A stretch of DNA of 63,719 nt, the filler included, from Chiloscyllium plagiosum (Eukaryota), in NCBI RefSeq assembly GCF_004010195.1. It is 4 parts of one record of this genome, joined end to end, with 100 filler letters (N's around TTAATTAATTAA, not from the genome) between each part and the next. Parts side by side here need not be neighbours in the genome. Positions count along the whole stretch, not along the records: positions 56,189 to 63,719 come from NC_057710.1; 3 more parts are not named here. One strand, 5' to 3'. A model generated the notes under the pieces. The model searched no databases. It saw only the letters and a list, made by a program, of their open reading frames with translations, and was not told where the DNA came from. The position numbers were made by a program, and so were the translations under genes. Shown piece after piece: positions 61,031 to 63,719 of the stretch; position 1 is the stretch's first letter, and each line of letters opens with the position of its first letter.

Positions 61031-61834
61031 AGCAAATCTATCATTTGCATAGTTAATCATCTAAGTAATTTATTAGATATATTCTTAAAGTAATCCACTG
61101 TATAAATTAGATGCTTTATTTATTTAGAGGTGCCTGACACCATAATAAGATCATTGGAAATTAGAGCATGAATAAGCATTCAGTCAGAAAGCTGTTGATC
61201 ACCAGTGGGAGGTGGTTAGATTCCTTCCTTTGGAAATGCTGGTTGCCTGGCACTTGTGTGACATGACCATTATTTGCCACTGAGCAACTCGGGCCTGAAT
61301 ATTGTCCAGAGTTTCACCACATAAACTGTAGTGATTCAAGACGGCTTCCCGCCACCAGCACTCGGGGAATTGAGGGACAATAAATGTTTGCCTTATTACC
61401 ACATCCTGTGAATACTTTTGTTAAGATGTTAATTGTCTCCAACTTGTCAAATTTCTCGAACTGCTATGTCACTCCATTCTTAATTATATATTCCAATAAC
61501 ATCCTCACAGCAGATGTTAAAGTAACAAGTCTTCAGTTTCCTGTTTTCTTTCTCACACCTTTCATAAATAATAAGTTAACAATCAGTGAACTGATATTCC
61601 TAGAATGATTATTTAAAAGTAAAACAACACTCGTCTTTGGTAGAATTTACTGCAGTCACTTAAAAAGTTTCGCAAACAGCCAGAAATATTTATTTCAAGT
61701 TTGACATTTTTACATTTTGCATGATAAAGGTTCTGACCCTCTAACTTTCAGAAGAAATCAAAACAAATTTCAGTCAATGTTATTTTAAGATTATCACTAA
61801 GAGAAGATTAAGTTAATGAGATTTATTCTTGCTT

Positions 61835-62445
61835 ATGACTTGGAGGAAGAAAGTGAATGTACTATTGCCAAATTTGCAGATGACACTAAAATAGGTGGAA
61901 AGGAAGGTTGTGAGAGAGATACAAACAGTTTACAGAGAAAGATTGATAAGTTAAGAAGGCAAACTGAGTATAACAAAAGGTAGAACAAAAGAATAGAGTA
62001 TTATTTAAATTGACAAAAGATGCAGAAAGCTGCAGCACAAAGGGACATGGGGCTACTTATGTACAAAATACAGAAAGCTAGCACACAGGAACAGTAGGTA
62101 ATCAGGAAATGTAATGGAATGTTGCCCTTATTTCAAGGGGATTGGAGTATCAGAGTAGGGAAGTCTTACTGCACCTGTACAAGGAGGTGGTGAGACCACA
62201 TCGAGAGTACTGTGAGCAGTTATCGTTAACTTATTTCAGGAAAGAAATCATTTCATTGGAGGCAGTTCAGAGGAGGTTCACTTGCATGATCCCGGGTCTG
62301 GAGGGATTGTCTTATGAGCAAAGGCGAAACAGTTTGGGACTCTGCTCAATAGTTTAGAAGAATGAGAGGTGACCTCATTGAAACATGAAGGATTCTTAAG
62401 GGGCTTGTCAGCTTAAATGCTGAGAGGATGTCCCCTCCATGGGAG
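61835..62445 (+). mobile_element. CR1 RT fragment
   Basis: [11 protein letters not shown] and LEAVQRRFT. Confidence 0.85.
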
Positions 62446-62980
62446 AGTCATAGAGTCATAGAGATGTGCAGTATGGAAACAGACCCTTCGGTCTAACCCG
62501 TCCATGCCGACTAGATATCCCAACCCAATCTAGTCCCACCTGCCAGCACCCGGCCCATATCCCTCCAAACCCTTCTTATTCGTATACCCATTCAAATGCC
62601 TCTTAAATGTTGCAATTGTACCAGCCTCCACCACATCCTCTGGCAGCTCATTCCATACATGTACCACCCTCTGTGTGAAAAAGTTGTGCCTTAGGTCTCT
62701 TTTATATCTTTCCCCTCTCACCCTAAACCTATGCCCTCTAGTTCTGGATTCCCTGACCTCAGGGAAAAGACTTTGTCTATTTATCTTATCCATGCCCCTC
62801 ATAATTTTGTAAACCTCAATAAGGTCAATCCTCAGCCTCTGACACTCCAGAGAAAACAGCCCCAACCTGTTCAGCCTCTCCCCATAGCTCAAATCCTCCA
62901 ACCATGGAAACATCCTTGTAAATCCTTTCTGAACACTTTCAAGTTTCACAATGTCTTTCTGTTAGGAAGAAGACTAGAAT
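62445..62980 (-). mobile_element. CR1 3' end (young subfamily)
   Basis: ORF 62530-62949 nearly identical to 810-1229. Confidence 0.95.
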
Positions 62981-63104
62981 ATTGATATTGATTGATTAAG
63001 AAGAAAAATAAAAAAGGCATAATGAATGGACAGAACCGAAAACGAAGTAAATGAAAGGAACAAAAAATCCCAAACAGCCAGGTTTCTGGCATTGCGACTG
63101 GCTC

Positions 63105-63719
63105 TATGAAACGAGAGATACATCTGGTTCCAAGAGATCAATTGTGTTAGGGGATTCACTAGTACGAGGTACACACAGACGTTTCTGTGGCCAGCAGTGA
63201 AAAATCAGAATGGTGTATTGTTTCCCTGGTGCCAGGATCAAGGATGTCTCAGAGAGAGTGCAGAGCGTTCTCAAGGGGGAGAGGGGCCAGCAAGATGTCA
63301 TTGTCCACATTAGAACCAACAACATAGGAAAGGAAAAGGTTGAGATTCTGAAGGGAGATTACAGAGAGTTAGGCAGAAATTTAAAAAGGAGGTCCTTAAA
63401 AATAGTAATATCTGAATTACTCCCAGTGCTACGAGCTAGTGAGGGCAGGAATAGAAGGATAGAGCAGATGAATGCATGGCTGAGGAGCTGGTGTATGGGA
63501 GAAAGATTCACATTTTTGGATCATTGGAATCTCTTTTGGGGTAGAAGTGACCTGTACAAGAAGTACGGATTGCACTTAAATTGGAAGGGGACTAATGTAC
63601 TGGCAGGGAGCTTTGCTAGAACTGCTCAGGAGGATTTAAACTAGTAAGGTGGGGGGGGATGGGACCCAGGGAGATAGTGAGGAAAGAGATCAATCTGAGA
63701 CTGGTACAGTTGAGAACAG
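63105..63719 (+). mobile_element. CR1 ORF1 SGNH-esterase region
   Basis: VLGDSLVRG, CFPGARIKDV, VHIRTNNI and GLHLN. Confidence 0.9.

Overview
Repeat-dominated vertebrate genomic DNA, most likely from a shark or other elasmobranch (inferred from HE1-type V-SINEs, Deu-type SINEs and HER1/CR1-type LINEs). It looks intergenic or deep intronic, and I can support no host protein-coding gene. Nearly all listed ORFs are decayed retroelement fragments or chance frames. Content: about 30 CR1 LINE fragments, including one near-full-length copy (21.6-25.9 kb: Zn-finger/coiled-coil/SGNH-esterase ORF1 and APE-RT ORF2); a second CR1/L2-group LINE family; 8 HE1-like SINEs; several Deu-like SINEs; one hAT-Charlie relic; one RTE relic; and about 20 Penelope-like element (PLE) pieces. 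The most notable signal is a set of about 16 minimal type-I hammerhead ribozyme motifs (CUGANGA-stemII-GAAA-palindromic stemIII-NUH). They come from at least four PLE-terminus families and show covarying helices. Many sit in small (170-220 bp) fold-back, ORF-less insertions with clean 11-15 bp target-site duplications, a fixed unpaired tail, and inversion breakpoints at the ribozyme. Also present: a perfect RFX X-box, three local duplications, a decayed minisatellite with a nearly open 229-codon frame, and artificial TTAATTAATTAA scaffold spacers. Repeat boundaries were read by eye and are approximate (tens of bp) unless a motif or TSD is quoted.
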